This document shows, in pieces, positions 1 through 7,838 of a stretch of 52,347 nt of DNA. The DNA is taken from the IMG/VR virus record IMGVR_UViG_3300020039_000013; one strand, given 5' to 3'. Position 1 is the stretch's first letter; each line of letters opens with the position of its first letter. Origin of the DNA: a virus. The position numbers and the translations under genes are program-made. The notes under the pieces were generated by a model that was not told the origin of the DNA, searched no databases, and was given only the letters and a program-made list of their open reading frames with translations.

Positions 1-171
1 GCAACGTCCGGCGACTGGTCGAGTGCCGCAACGTCCGGCTTTAGGTCGAGTGCCGCAACGTCCGGCGACTGGTCGAGTGCCGCAACGTCCGGCTTTAGGT
101 CGAGTGCCGCAACGTCCGGCTCCGGGTCGAGTGCCGCAACGTCCGGCGAAGAGTCGAGTGCCGCAACGTCT
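1..171 (+). repeat. 27-nt tandem repeat array (about 6 units), continuation of the array at 52107..52347
   Basis: Unit gcaacgtccggcNNNNNNtcgagtgcc is repeated head to tail. Only the two variable codons differ (DW, FR, SG, EE). Confidence 0.95.
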
Positions 172-372
172 AACGCGAACGCTATTGCGCTGGCGTGTGG
201 AAAAAACAGTAAGGCAAAGGGCGTTATTGGCTCGTACGTTGTACTGACAGAATGGGACGATCAACAGAAAAACCTTTTGCTTGCCTCTATGGTGCGGATC
301 GACGGCAAGACCTACAAGCCAGACACCTGGTACACGCTCAAAAACGGAAAGATCGTGGAGGCCAGGGAATGA
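1..372 (+). CDS. 3' portion of the tandem-repeat protein whose 5' portion is 51762..52347 (9-aa unit SSAATSGxx, then a unique C-terminal domain)
   Basis: Frame 1 is open from nt 1 to TGA 370-372 with no start codon. It translates ATSGDWSSAATSGFRSS...NANAIALACGKNSKAKGVIGSYVVLTEWDDQQKNLL... and is in phase with the right-end ORF if the ends overlap by 1 nt. Confidence 0.75.
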   Translation, partial: ATSGDWSSAATSGFRSSAATSGDWSSAATSGFRSSAATSGSGSSAATSGEESSAATSNANAIALACGKNSKAKGVIGSYVVLTEWDDQQKNLLLASMVRIDGKTYKPDTWYTLKNGKIVEARE

Positions 373-596
373 CGGAATGGTATGCCCTGCCGTGTACGTT
401 GGCAGAAATTGAGGCGCTCCCCAGTGAAATATTGCTTTGCAAACACGTCGCGCGGGTATTGCAAGCCGATCCGGGTACGATTCACCAACAGGCGGTTGAC
501 TGCCCGGAACGGCTTGGTTTCCCGGTGATTGTGGCCGGGTCGCGTGTGAAAATTCCAAAACAGCCGTTTTTGAAGTTTATGCGAGGAGAAATATAA
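369..596 (+). CDS. Small helix-turn-helix DNA-binding protein (excisionase/MerR-like HTH_17 type)
   Basis: ATGA start/stop overlap with the upstream ORF. MTEWYALPCTLAEIEALPSEILLCKHVARVLQADPGTIHQQAV...GFPVIVAGSRVKIPKQPFLKFM fits the excisionase-type winged HTH pattern. Confidence 0.6.
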   Translation: MTEWYALPCTLAEIEALPSEILLCKHVARVLQADPGTIHQQAVDCPERLGFPVIVAGSRVKIPKQPFLKFMRGEI

Positions 597-601
597 AGAC
601 A

Positions 602-775
602 ATGAAGCACGCTCCCTGTAAGGTCAATGGTGTGGAATGCCCTGACAGGTCTCCAACTTGTAGGCAGAGCTGCGTAAAATGGTTGGAGTACAGAGCCTAT
701 GTAGACGGAATAAACGAGGCCAGGCAAAAAGACCACGAACGAAGAAAGTCTGTATGGAATAAAAGGAGATGGTAA
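602..775 (+). CDS. Small Cys-rich hypothetical protein (57 aa)
   Basis: ATG 602 to TAA 773-775, tightly packed with its neighbours. Translates MKHAPCKVNGVECPDRSPTCRQSCVKWLEY... Below the ORF-track length cutoff. Confidence 0.45.
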   Translation: MKHAPCKVNGVECPDRSPTCRQSCVKWLEYRAYVDGINEARQKDHERRKSVWNKRRW

Positions 776-777
776 AA

Positions 778-882
778 ATGTATGTTCCGGGCGTTATCGT
801 CGGAGCGATTGGGCTGCTGCTGGCAGAGGTGATATTGCTCACCGCGATCGGAATCGTCCGCGTACACAGGAGGGGGGAATAA
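778..882 (+). CDS. Small single-pass membrane peptide (34 aa)
   Basis: MYVPGVIVGAIGLLLAEVILLTAIGIVRVHRRGE has a hydrophobic core. Preceded by AAAGGAG, and its stop overlaps the next ATG. Confidence 0.4.
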   Translation: MYVPGVIVGAIGLLLAEVILLTAIGIVRVHRRGE

Positions 883-1025
883 TGGCGGTCACAGATATGC
901 CGTATGAGCGGAGGCTATACTGCTACGAGCTGGAGAAGCGTCACATTCTCTTTGGGCCGCACGGTCTTTCCAGCGCGGAGGTAGACAAAGCACTGGCGGC
1001 GCTGCGTAACAAGTGGAGGATTTGA
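882..1025 (+). CDS. Small hypothetical protein (47 aa)
   Basis: ATG overlaps the upstream TAA. The ORF ends 1 nt before the next ATG (1027), the packing typical of phage early genes. Confidence 0.4.
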   Translation: MAVTDMPYERRLYCYELEKRHILFGPHGLSSAEVDKALAALRNKWRI

Positions 1026-1026
1026 G

Positions 1027-1341
1027 ATGTGGTATCACTGTGCGGACTGCGGCCACGTCTTTGAGGACGGCGAGCAAAGGGTAATACGCAACATCCTGGA
1101 CTACATTGACGGCAAGCCTTTGACGGAATTGTATTACGTCTGCCCGGAATGCGGCAGGCAATACGAAACGGCTGGCACATGCCGAAAGTGCGGAGGAGCA
1201 TTTGCCGAGAACGCTTTGGTCGCGGGAATCTATTGCGAGGAATGCCTGGAGCAGCTAATGACGGAAGAAAACATAAAGCTCTATATCCAAGAGGATTTGG
1301 AGGCTTTTGCGGAATGGCTGATCGAGCAGGAGGGCCAATAA
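1027..1341 (+). CDS. Zinc-ribbon hypothetical protein
   Basis: ORF track. Three CxxC pairs: CADCG, CPECG, CRKCG. Confidence 0.6.
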   Translation: MWYHCADCGHVFEDGEQRVIRNILDYIDGKPLTELYYVCPECGRQYETAGTCRKCGGAFAENALVAGIYCEECLEQLMTEENIKLYIQEDLEAFAEWLIEQEGQ

Positions 1342-1536
1342 GTGCTCAGTTGCGAGGGTTTCAAGATGTTTCGCGGCGAAGCGGAAATTGATACGGCCAA
1401 AGGAGCAATACGGTTTTCGGGAGTGTGGCTTTACCACCCAGAAAAGCGAATGTGGTACATCAACGATTGCCCGGTTTTCCCCTTCGGCACAAGTTTTCCC
1501 GAAGAAGATTTTTTAAAAATCCTGTCGGAAGCATAA
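1342..1536 (+). CDS. Hypothetical protein
   Basis: ORF track (GTG start), abutting the upstream stop. Confidence 0.5.
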   Translation: MLSCEGFKMFRGEAEIDTAKGAIRFSGVWLYHPEKRMWYINDCPVFPFGTSFPEEDFLKILSEA

Positions 1537-1627
1537 AAAAGAGCCGTCCCGGTGCGGCAACACCAAAGACGGCAAAGGTAAAAAATCCTATGTGTGCATT
1601 ATAGCACGGTTATGGAGGAGTTGCAAG

Positions 1628-1882
1628 GTGAACAAAAAGAGAAAGAAAACAATGGAAATGAGCGTGGCCGCAAGACGTTCGGCGAAACTGCTTATCGCGT
1701 TTCTGCTGGGTCAGGCGGTACAACTGATCGTGCATTCCGTGGCGCTCAATCTGTGGGAGTACAGGCAGATACCATTCTGCGCGTCGGCGGGTTTTTTGGT
1801 GGCTGTGGCCGTTTTTATGGGAATCAGGATTGCCGTAAAAGAGGACGGCAGCGGCCGGGACGATATGAATTACTATGACTAA
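1628..1882 (+). CDS. Membrane protein, two predicted TM helices
   Basis: In-frame GTG 1628 follows GGAGGAG. Hydrophobic stretches LLIAFLLGQAVQLIV and AGFLVAVAVFMGI. Confidence 0.5.
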   Translation: MNKKRKKTMEMSVAARRSAKLLIAFLLGQAVQLIVHSVALNLWEYRQIPFCASAGFLVAVAVFMGIRIAVKEDGSGRDDMNYYD

Positions 1883-2228
1883 TCAAAGCAGGGTGTGCAA
1901 GGATCGCGTTGTATGTGTTGGCGATCAAAAAATGACCCTTTATGATTGGGCGAAGAAAAACGGAACCAGCCCGGAAACGGCCAACAAACGATGGCGGCGC
2001 GGTGAAAGAGACCCGTTTAAACTCATCGGCAAAAACCAGGCGAAAAAGAAAGCAACGACTAAAGCTATGATCCCGGTGGATATAAGCTGGCAGACGCTGG
2101 AATATCTGGAGCAAACGGCGTGGTGCCGAAAAGGGATGCCGGATGAGTGGGAAATTGCGTGCGATCTCGCCGGTATTCCGAGGTATCACGCGGGCTATCT
2201 GCAATGGCTGATGGAGGCGGCGACATGA
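1875..2228 (+). CDS. Hypothetical protein
   Basis: ORF track, overlapping neighbours by a few nt. Confidence 0.55.
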   Translation: MTNQSRVCKDRVVCVGDQKMTLYDWAKKNGTSPETANKRWRRGERDPFKLIGKNQAKKKATTKAMIPVDISWQTLEYLEQTAWCRKGMPDEWEIACDLAGIPRYHAGYLQWLMEAAT

Positions 2229-2494
2229 CGGAAACAGATGCGGAGATGCAGTCGCTGAGGGCTGAAAACAAAATGCTGAAATCGGCCATATCCTCTTATG
2301 TCGAATCAAATAAGCTGTGCCGGTTTTGCAAATATCTCGACGCCGATTGTACACCGACAGGTAAAGGGTGCCGTCCGCAATGGAGGGGATTAAATGCCGA
2401 AAACCAAATAGCCAAAGGGTATTTGAGATATTCGGACGTTGTGACGGTGCTCAAAGAAGATTACGATCTGACGGTGCAGCTCGTGGAGAGGTAG
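2225..2494 (+). CDS. Hypothetical protein (coiled-coil N-terminus, Cys cluster)
   Basis: Internal ATG at 2225 forms an ATGA overlap with the upstream stop. Translates MTETDAEMQSLRAENKMLK... Confidence 0.55.
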   Translation: MTETDAEMQSLRAENKMLKSAISSYVESNKLCRFCKYLDADCTPTGKGCRPQWRGLNAENQIAKGYLRYSDVVTVLKEDYDLTVQLVER

Positions 2495-2721
2495 GACAAA
2501 AATGCTGATTTACTTTCTTGTTTTTATGGGCGGCGTTGTGTGCGGCGTCGCGTTGCTCGCGCTTGTGTCGGCTGGGAGGTGAGGATATGGACTATACAGA
2601 GCTGGTAAAGGAGCTTCGAGCAAAGCGCCATCGTAACCACCGCCGAATATTGGGGCCTACGCTGGACGGAATATGAATTCTATGCCCGGTGCAATGTGTA
2701 CCCGGCGTGAAAGGAGAAAAA

Positions 2722-3552
2722 ATGAAAGGCTATAAAGTTTTCAACCCGGATTTTACTTGCAGAGGATTCCAGTATGAGGTAGGAAAGACCTACAAGCACA
2801 ACGGGCCTCTTTCTATCTGCCACAGTGGATTCCACTTCTGCCGCAAGGTCGCCGATTGCTTCGGTTACTACGCCTTTGACCCCCGCAACAAAGTGGCAGA
2901 AATCGAGGCAACCGGACTTGTGGAGAGCAAGGAGGATAAGAGCGTCACAGATGAGATCACCATCGTCCGGGAAATCTCCTGGGAGGAAATGCTGACCCTC
3001 GCCAATACCGGAACCGCCTGCACTGGCCTTAATAACACCGGGGACATGAACACCGGGAACTGGAACACCGGGAACTGGAACACCGGGGACTGGAACACCG
3101 GGGACATGAACACCGGGAACAGGAACACCGGGAACAGGAACACCGGGGACATGAACACCGGGAACAGGAACACCGGGAACTGGAACACCGGGGACTGGAA
3201 CACCGGCAACTGGAACACCGGCTTTTTCTCCACCATTACTCCCACGGTTACGCTTTTTGAAAAGCCCACCGACATGACAGCTGCCGAGGTCTGCGAGATT
3301 CTCGGTATCCGAATTCTCAACTGGAATTATGAAAATAATTGGTGGATTTTCAGCCGGAGCATGACAGAGGAAGAAAAATCCGCGCACCCGGAGCACGAGA
3401 CCACGGGAGGCTATTCGAAATCCATTCCATTCAAAGATGCCTGTAAGCTGATGTGGGATAACCTTACCGATAACGAAAAGGCAGCGGTCAAGGCCATCCC
3501 AAACTTTGATGCGGATATCTTCTGCAAAATCACCGGGATCAAGGTGGAATAA
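2722..3552 (+). CDS. Pentapeptide-repeat protein. Its conserved N-terminal domain is paralogous to the one in 51762..52347 (DUF7666-like, provisional).
   Basis: AAGGAG RBS lies before ATG 2722. N-domain: MKGYKVFNPDFTCRGFQYEVGKTYK...CHSGFHFC. It is followed by 13 NTG(D/N)(W/M/R) pentapeptides. Confidence 0.8.
   Translation: MKGYKVFNPDFTCRGFQYEVGKTYKHNGPLSICHSGFHFCRKVADCFGYYAFDPRNKVAEIEATGLVESKEDKSVTDEITIVREISWEEMLTLANTGTACTGLNNTGDMNTGNWNTGNWNTGDWNTGDMNTGNRNTGNRNTGDMNTGNRNTGNWNTGDWNTGNWNTGFFSTITPTVTLFEKPTDMTAAEVCEILGIRILNWNYENNWWIFSRSMTEEEKSAHPEHETTGGYSKSIPFKDACKLMWDNLTDNEKAAVKAIPNFDADIFCKITGIKVE
3034..3213 (+). repeat. 15-nt tandem repeat, 12 near-identical units encoding NTG[DN][WMR], with degenerate units on both flanks (3004-3228)
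   Basis: aacaccggg(g/a)ac(atg/tgg/agg) is repeated in phase with the CDS. Confidence 0.95.
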
Positions 3553-3971
3553 TGGACTGCGCGGAACTTGTAAATCGTCTGCGAAACATCGCAGACGGTG
3601 GCATATACGAAAAGTGCGACGGATGCAAGTACGAGGAAGACTATCCCGATTGCGTTGGGTGTACTCACAAAGCATTTTACGAAGCCGCCGATGCCATAGA
3701 AGCCCTACAAAAGCAAATAGAAGCCTTTGACGATTCCCATGTCTGCCGAATCATCGAGAAAGACGGCGTTACGGAACTGTCGGTTGTGCCGGGGTGGATT
3801 CCCGTTACGGAGCGGCTGCCGGAAGCTGGTACGCGGGTGCTCGTTTATGCGGACAGTCATATTGACTTTGGAATTCTTGAAGAAGACGGGTACTGGACAG
3901 ACTGGCTTTATTACCCAATCCGACCAACTCATTGGATGCCACTGCCCACACCGCCGAAGGAGGAAACATGA
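3552..3971 (+). CDS. DUF551-type phage protein
   Basis: C-terminal WIPVTERLPEAGTRVLVY...THWMPLPTPP matches the DUF551 signature. The N-terminus has CxxC pairs. Confidence 0.7.
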   Translation: MDCAELVNRLRNIADGGIYEKCDGCKYEEDYPDCVGCTHKAFYEAADAIEALQKQIEAFDDSHVCRIIEKDGVTELSVVPGWIPVTERLPEAGTRVLVYADSHIDFGILEEDGYWTDWLYYPIRPTHWMPLPTPPKEET

Positions 3972-4630
3972 TGTTTGAAGAATATGAAGAATACTTCTAC
4001 GAGCCATCTGAGGCCGACACAATCATCGACGAGGCCAAGGAAAAGCTGAACGATCTGTTGACCGAAGAGGTGAAGCAGACCATGAAACAGGCGAGTGAAG
4101 CCAAGCAATCTCTGGAGAAGCTACAGAAAGAAATACGAGAGGCGGAGTACCGGCTTGGAAATCTGAAGTTAGAACACCAGAGGGAAGAGAAAAAGTGGGA
4201 AAACCTTGACCAGTATCATATGCCCCGGCAGTACATCAAGCGGCTTGTGGAGGCGGTCGCCGGTGATTTCGCCCCCGGTGACACCGTGTACGCTCTTGCG
4301 GTCGATTTTCAAAATGAAGAGTGCCCGTTATGCCACGGGAATAAAGAGGTTGAGTGCAAAATTGCGGATAGCCAAGAAGTTTTGTCCATTAACTGTCCCA
4401 CCTGTAAAGGTCGTGGATATCGGTCAAAAAGAATTGATTATATCAAAGAACGCAAGGTGTCGGAAGTCCACCTAAAGTTGTGCTTTGATGACTACCGAGT
4501 TTGCTATTGGAGTAGTAATTGTATTTATTTGGATGGCCGTGATAGCAGCACGGACATTAAAGACATTTTCCACACAAAAGAAGAGGCTGAAAAGGCTTTG
4601 GCAGAACGAGAGCCGGAGGAGAAAGCATGA
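3968..4630 (+). CDS. Coiled-coil protein with a DnaJ-like CxxCxG zinc finger
   Basis: GGAGGA RBS lies before ATG 3968. Motifs CPLCHGNKEVEC and CPTCKGRGY. Confidence 0.55.
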   Translation: MMFEEYEEYFYEPSEADTIIDEAKEKLNDLLTEEVKQTMKQASEAKQSLEKLQKEIREAEYRLGNLKLEHQREEKKWENLDQYHMPRQYIKRLVEAVAGDFAPGDTVYALAVDFQNEECPLCHGNKEVECKIADSQEVLSINCPTCKGRGYRSKRIDYIKERKVSEVHLKLCFDDYRVCYWSSNCIYLDGRDSSTDIKDIFHTKEEAEKALAEREPEEKA

Positions 4631-4926
4631 TAAAGGTATACGGTTGCTCGGATGACCTCGTTGAATGCGAAGGGGCAGAATATCCTAATAATGAGATCGG
4701 GTGCTTTAATCACGATGTTCTTATCACCTTCAAGGACGGAACGGAGATAAAAGTCGGTTATCCGAAAAAAGAGGGTGCAATCTGGTGGATTGAGAGAATG
4801 AACATCGGAACGGCAGATTACGCTATCAGCTATTGCCACGACGAAGACGCCGAGATTTACAGCGACCTGTTTGTGATTGATAGCGATATAGACCGGGTTG
4901 CGGTTGTTCCAAAGGAGGAAACATGA
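4627..4926 (+). CDS. Hypothetical protein
   Basis: ORF track, ATGA overlap upstream. Confidence 0.55.
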   Translation: MIKVYGCSDDLVECEGAEYPNNEIGCFNHDVLITFKDGTEIKVGYPKKEGAIWWIERMNIGTADYAISYCHDEDAEIYSDLFVIDSDIDRVAVVPKEET

Positions 4927-5456
4927 AGAGCGTAATGATAAGCATACGCCCCAAGTGGTGCGAACTGATTGCTTCCGGCAAGAAAACTATTGAGGTGCGT
5001 AAGACCAAGCCCCAAGCGTTGCCGCCGTTCAAGTGCTACATCTGTCAGACGAAAGCACGGTGGGCGTATGCGCTACTGCGGCGGCTGGCGCTCGATGATC
5101 TCGCAGACTGGCTCGCGCGGGGCGCCGGGAAGATAATCGGTGAGTTTGTCTGCGATTGGTGCGATCCGTTTAAGCCTTGCCACGCCGACTTCGCTGAACT
5201 CTCCCTTGGAAGTCTCGTTACTCCCAGCGGACTCTATGAGTATGCCAAGGGAAAAACGCTTTACGGATGGCACATTTCTGATCTGAAGCGGTACGCCGAG
5301 CCGAAAGAGATTTCTGAGTTTAAGCGATGGAATCGGACGGAGCAAACTGCGCCTTGCGCCCATGTTTACGCCCTATACTCTCCCTGCGAGTCGTGTGAAG
5401 AGTGCAACTTAAAAAGAGCGCCCCAAAGTTGGTGCTACGTTGAGGAAACAGAATGA
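4923..5456 (+). CDS. ASCH-domain protein
   Basis: N-terminal MISIRPKWCELIASGKKTIEVRKTKP is the typical ASCH beta-barrel start. Confidence 0.7.
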   Translation: MKSVMISIRPKWCELIASGKKTIEVRKTKPQALPPFKCYICQTKARWAYALLRRLALDDLADWLARGAGKIIGEFVCDWCDPFKPCHADFAELSLGSLVTPSGLYEYAKGKTLYGWHISDLKRYAEPKEISEFKRWNRTEQTAPCAHVYALYSPCESCEECNLKRAPQSWCYVEETE

Positions 5457-5626
5457 AAATCTTAATAAAGCTGTGGCTTACGCTGGTTGTCCTTGCTCCG
5501 ATTTCTATTGTGATATGCAAAGCAGACGATGGGGAAAGTGTTCTTACGACTATCAGCTTGATTGAGCTATTAGTTACCCTTGCGGCGACGCTCGGTCTTG
5601 CCCTGAGATTTATATGGTCATTATAA
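5453..5626 (+). CDS. Small membrane protein (57 aa)
   Basis: ATGA overlap upstream. Two hydrophobic segments. Below the ORF-track cutoff. Confidence 0.4.
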   Translation: MKILIKLWLTLVVLAPISIVICKADDGESVLTTISLIELLVTLAATLGLALRFIWSL

Positions 5627-5639
5627 AGGAGAAAACAGA

Positions 5640-5789
5640 ATGAAATACAAAGTGATTTTTAGCAAATGGGCGTATGTTGAAGCCGACAGCGAGGATGAGG
5701 CGATGGACAAAGCCGCAGACGGAGACACCGTGTATGAGGAGGAAGAAGCTATCGAAGCGTCCGAGGTGGACGAGTTCGTTGTGGAATGA
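5640..5789 (+). CDS. Small acidic protein (49 aa)
   Basis: AAAGGAG RBS. Translates MKYKVIFSKWAYVEADSEDEAMDKAADGDTVYEEEEAIEASEVDEFVVE. Confidence 0.45.
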   Translation: MKYKVIFSKWAYVEADSEDEAMDKAADGDTVYEEEEAIEASEVDEFVVE

Positions 5790-5804
5790 TAAGGAGGAAG
5801 CGGG

Positions 5805-5909
5805 ATGAAACCTTGTGATAATTGCATTGACTATGACGATTGGCAGGGTGGTTGCAAATGGTGCAAAGAACATGAATATGGTTTGTCAAGGAGACAAGAC
5901 GAAGTGTGA
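5805..5909 (+). CDS. Small Cys-rich peptide (34 aa)
   Basis: Strong AAGGAGG RBS 7 nt upstream. Translates MKPCDNCIDYDDWQGGCKWCKEHEYG... Confidence 0.45.
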   Translation: MKPCDNCIDYDDWQGGCKWCKEHEYGLSRRQDEV

Positions 5910-6183
5910 CTTTTACCCTTCAACAGACGTTCGCCCAATTACAACATCTGTGGCGCATTATACGCTCGACCTTGGGAGCGGAACAATCCGGGCAAAACCA
6001 ATTATAACCAACTACGACCTCCTCATCAGCAAAACGCCTGATGAACTGGCAAAAACGATAGTCGGATGGTTGGCAGACGCGGCTGAACTGTGCGGAGAAA
6101 ATCGCCAAGAGTTTGATTTCACAAAAGCGGAAGAATATGCAGTATCGTGGCTCAAAAGCCCGGTGGAGGAGGGTGAGGAATGA
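5815..6183 (+). CDS. Hypothetical protein; start uncertain (possibly ATG 5872)
   Basis: ORF track. No clear RBS. Overlaps 5805..5909 in another frame. Confidence 0.45.
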   Translation: MIIALTMTIGRVVANGAKNMNMVCQGDKTKCDFYPSTDVRPITTSVAHYTLDLGSGTIRAKPIITNYDLLISKTPDELAKTIVGWLADAAELCGENRQEFDFTKAEEYAVSWLKSPVEEGEE

Positions 6184-6524
6184 GCGTATACATCAAGGGC
6201 ATGGAGATGCCGACAAGCTGTGGCGATTGCCCATGCGCGAACGGAGACAGGATGCGCTGCCAAGTGGAAAAGCGCGACTTCGGGTTCTTTGAAGACACCC
6301 GCCCATCTTGGTGTCCTCTCGTACCAGTCCCCAACCACGGACGGCTGGGGGATTTAGATGAACTGTTTAAGCGAATGTTTGTTGGCCCCGATGGTCAGCG
6401 TTATCCAGATAAAGATGTTGATGGGTGGGACCATGCATATACGTTTCGCGGGATAAAGCACGAAATATTATCAGCCCCCACCATCATCCCGGCAAGCACG
6501 GCAGATAAGGGGGGAGAGGGATGA
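6180..6524 (+). CDS. Hypothetical phage protein (Cys cluster, HGRLxDxD motif)
   Basis: ORF track. MEMPTSCGDCPC...CPLVPVPNHGRLGDLDEL is a pattern I recall from Firmicutes phages. Confidence 0.55.
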   Translation: MSVYIKGMEMPTSCGDCPCANGDRMRCQVEKRDFGFFEDTRPSWCPLVPVPNHGRLGDLDELFKRMFVGPDGQRYPDKDVDGWDHAYTFRGIKHEILSAPTIIPASTADKGGEG

Positions 6525-6718
6525 TTCTGACACAAGAAAATGCGTATCAGTATAACGGGAAATACCTCGATGCAAAAAATGGAGTGTTCCATTACTACCC
6601 GCTAAAAGTTGTAAAAAGAAAAACAGGGTATCATGTCATAGACAGACACGACACGATGATGCTCATTCCGCGAGAAAAGGAAGGTGGCATATTTTTTGAT
6701 AAAGTGTTGGAACTGTAA
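6521..6718 (+). CDS. Hypothetical protein
   Basis: ORF track, ATGA overlap. Confidence 0.5.
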   Translation: MILTQENAYQYNGKYLDAKNGVFHYYPLKVVKRKTGYHVIDRHDTMMLIPREKEGGIFFDKVLEL

Positions 6719-6881
6719 AAATTTTATTTCTTGCCTCCACGCAGGACAAGTACATGTGCTGGATGGCGTGGGGCTTCCGTGTGAATGGTATGAAAGAGAA
6801 GACCAGATTCCGAAAGAAGAAACAAAAGTGATTGACGGGATTATTTATCGAAGAATCATTGACGAAGAGGGAGACGGCTGA
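6684..6881 (+). CDS. Hypothetical protein; start uncertain
   Basis: ORF track. Overlaps the upstream gene by 35 nt. Confidence 0.4.
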   Translation: MAYFLIKCWNCKNFISCLHAGQVHVLDGVGLPCEWYEREDQIPKEETKVIDGIIYRRIIDEEGDG

Positions 6882-6883
6882 AT

Positions 6884-7279
6884 ATGGAACTTAAACCTTG
6901 CCCGTTCTGCGGGAACGAAGTCCATCTTAAAGCGATGCCGTTATGGAGACCGGGAGGCCACGGCTATTATGGATGTTATGAGTACATAATCCGATGCGAT
7001 AACATCGAGTGCGGATGCCGTCTCGCCAACCTTGGAAAGAACAACACGATATATTCCACCACGGAAGAAGCGGAGAGAAACGCCGCCGAAGCATGGAACA
7101 GGAGGGCTGGTGACGCTCAGCCCGTCCGGCATGGGCGGTGGGAAGCATCGTACATGGACGATGCTCTTGTGTGTTCCGAGTGTGTTAACTACTGGATTTA
7201 CAAAGGTTACCAATACGATTATCACCACTGCCCCAACTGCGGCGCAAAGATGGATGGAGGGGCAAACCCTGATTGTTGA
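6884..7279 (+). CDS. Lar-family restriction-alleviation-like protein with an extra C-terminal zinc ribbon
   Basis: MELKPCPFCGNEVHL...TEEAERNAAEAWNRRA matches the Lar family signature. C-terminal CSEC...CPNCG. Confidence 0.65.
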   Translation: MELKPCPFCGNEVHLKAMPLWRPGGHGYYGCYEYIIRCDNIECGCRLANLGKNNTIYSTTEEAERNAAEAWNRRAGDAQPVRHGRWEASYMDDALVCSECVNYWIYKGYQYDYHHCPNCGAKMDGGANPDC

Positions 7280-7838
7280 CTATGCCGAACAGATAAAGCA
7301 GTCCGTCACCATGCCGGAAGTAGCGGCGATGTACGGTCTGACCGTCAACCGTTCGCACAAGGCGATCTGTCCATTCCATGAAGATAAAAAGCCGTCCATG
7401 CACGTATACCCCGGTCGGAGAGGTTACTTCTGCTATGTCTGCGGCAAAGGCGGGGATGTAATCACATTTACAGAGCGTCTGTTCGGTCTGACATTTCAGG
7501 ATGCCATGAAAAAACTGAATGGGGACTTCCGGCTTGGACTTCCCATCGGCGCGGAACTGGACGAGGACGCACGGAAAGAAGCTGCCCGGATTGCCTACCA
7601 ACGGCGCAAAGAACAAGAACGCAAGAAGAAACGCCACGAAGCGCTTTTGACGGCCTATCACAGCGCACTTGATGAGTGGATAAGGTTGGATAGCGTGATC
7701 CGTGAAGAAGCCCCGGAAACGCCTTTTGACGGCTTTACAGAGGCATACGCGGACGCGGTGAAACACATAGACTTTGCCGGGTACAAGTTGGACGCGGCGG
7801 AGAGGGAGTTATACGAATTTGAGAAAGGTATTGCATGA
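7254..7838 (+). CDS. CHC2 (primase-type) zinc-finger protein
   Basis: AICPFHEDKKPSMHVYPGRRGYFCYVCGKGGDVITF is a CHC2 zinc finger. The start is chosen at in-frame ATG 7254, which is uncertain. Confidence 0.7.
   Translation: MEGQTLIVDYAEQIKQSVTMPEVAAMYGLTVNRSHKAICPFHEDKKPSMHVYPGRRGYFCYVCGKGGDVITFTERLFGLTFQDAMKKLNGDFRLGLPIGAELDEDARKEAARIAYQRRKEQERKKKRHEALLTAYHSALDEWIRLDSVIREEAPETPFDGFTEAYADAVKHIDFAGYKLDAAERELYEFEKGIA

Noticed and set aside
1-171. Possible CRISPR array (regular short repeats at 1-171, 3034-3213, 52107-52347)
   Set aside because: The units are contiguous with no spacers, they are in phase with coding frames, and no cas genes are present. These are coding tandem repeats.
23-247. 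Track ORF encoding PQRPA-type proline-rich repeats
   Set aside because: It is an alternative frame of the 27-nt repeat array. Frame 1 is continuous with the ORF leaving the right end of the window and has a plausible unique C-terminal domain, so frame 1 is preferred.
2680-3675. 331-aa minus-strand ORF (and 2868..3320) with GVPVP/PVFQ repeats
   Set aside because: It is antisense to the well-supported pentapeptide-repeat gene. Its repeats are simply the reverse translation of the 15-nt array, and it has no RBS.
5805-6183. Possible frameshifted single gene formed by 5805..5909 and 5815..6183
   Set aside because: The two ORFs overlap in different frames and the second lacks an RBS. I found no slippery motif or recognisable family to support a fusion, so both are reported separately at low confidence.
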